From Sedimentisphaerales bacterium (GTDB lineage: Bacteria > Planctomycetota > Phycisphaerae > Sedimentisphaerales > SM23-30), in contig CAXXFK010000038.1 of the NCBI GenBank assembly GCA_963663965.2, positions 1 through 64,000 on the forward strand: a stretch of DNA of 64,000 bases, read 5' to 3'. The notes under the pieces were generated by a model. The model worked only from the letters and a program-made list of their open reading frames with translations. It did not search any database and was not told where the DNA came from. The position numbers and the translations under genes are program-made. Positions 63,303 to 64,000 of the stretch are shown here, one piece after another (position 1 is the first letter of the stretch; every line of letters begins with the position of its first letter).

Positions 63303-64000
63303 TCTAGTCTATACCACCATTGCCAATCCGGTCATGATCAAAGAGTTGCGTCAGACCGTCAAGGGACGGTTGACCATCCTGGGAACCCAGTTGCTCATGG
63401 GGGTTTTGCTGGTGGGGACCTGGTTGTTTTTAACAGAATATAAAAATGACCGGTATTCAGCGGAGGGCATGGGGCAGAACGCTTTTGCCGCGATACTCAT
63501 CGTCCTGTCCATTATCTGTTGGGGGATTATGCCATTGATCCTCTATTTTCGTACCAGCGCGGAACGCCGTCCGGAAGATTTCGATCTGATGTACATCACC
63601 CGGCTGACGCCGCATGACTTTGTGCTGGGTAAGTATATGACCGCGCTGTCGCAGATTTTTCTTTATCTGTTTACCTGTCTGCCCTTTTTGACGTTGCCAT
63701 ATCTGTTTGAGGGGATCGATATTTTCACCATGTATCGCGCCGTGGTCCAGATTGTCATCGCGACCATTCTGGCGGCCCAGATTGCTATTCTGCTGGGAAC
63801 GATACCTAAAAAGAAATTTCTTTTATTTTTATTCGCAGCCGCCTATGGCTTCATGGTTTTCGGGATGATCGTCGGGATGGTAGAAGCATTTTTGCCATTT
63901 GTTTTTGGAGGGTATTCCCGCAGCGTGATGGATCCCTTGTGGAATTTATACGCGCTGTCGTTTGCGGTGTTGCTTTCGTTCGCTTTGTATATTTTGAATT
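63283..64000 (+). CDS. Second ABC-2-type permease paralog, truncated by the window end
   Basis: MKFRFNN...NPVMIKELRQTVKG...AERRPEDFDLMYITRLTP..FVLGKY; open to the window end, so absent from the ORF track. Confidence 0.85.
   Translation, partial: MKFRFNNLVYTTIANPVMIKELRQTVKGRLTILGTQLLMGVLLVGTWLFLTEYKNDRYSAEGMGQNAFAAILIVLSIICWGIMPLILYFRTSAERRPEDFDLMYITRLTPHDFVLGKYMTALSQIFLYLFTCLPFLTLPYLFEGIDIFTMYRAVVQIVIATILAAQIAILLGTIPKKKFLLFLFAAAYGFMVFGMIVGMVEAFLPFVFGGYSRSVMDPLWNLYALSFAVLLSFALYILN

Overview
Bacterial chromosomal window, most likely Planctomycetota/Phycisphaerae. This is an inference from secreted LamG/GLUG proteins with dockerin-like tails, a mitochondrial-type EF-G and a MoxR-ABC operon. 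In order it contains: an SSS transporter plus Xaa-Pro aminopeptidase; a translation cluster (GGQ rescue factor, stand-alone fusA, typA, tRNA-Pro); a gene-free repeat-dense block (7.95-9.3 kb); secreted modular proteins and a NifA-like sigma54 activator; GH2-like and GH26 glycosidases; a phosphohexomutase; a GH57-glycogen synthase fusion; HD-GYP, DUF89 and pdxB; a 35-48 kb stretch where many genes are frameshifted at homopolymers (probably read/assembly errors); a second repeat-dense block (48.3-49.1 kb); an AT-rich array of small co-oriented membrane/lipoprotein genes separated by homologous spacer blocks (49.8-56 kb); and a MoxR/ABC operon running off the end. The most unusual signal is non-coding and layered: roughly 9-bp-period triplet repeats, TTGGGTTTGTTTCG boxes paired with TAAG...TTA palindromes, tiny inserted palindromes, and an IS5-like MITE whose ends are flipped relative to its core between two copies. 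No integrase, transposase, reverse transcriptase or cas gene is visible.
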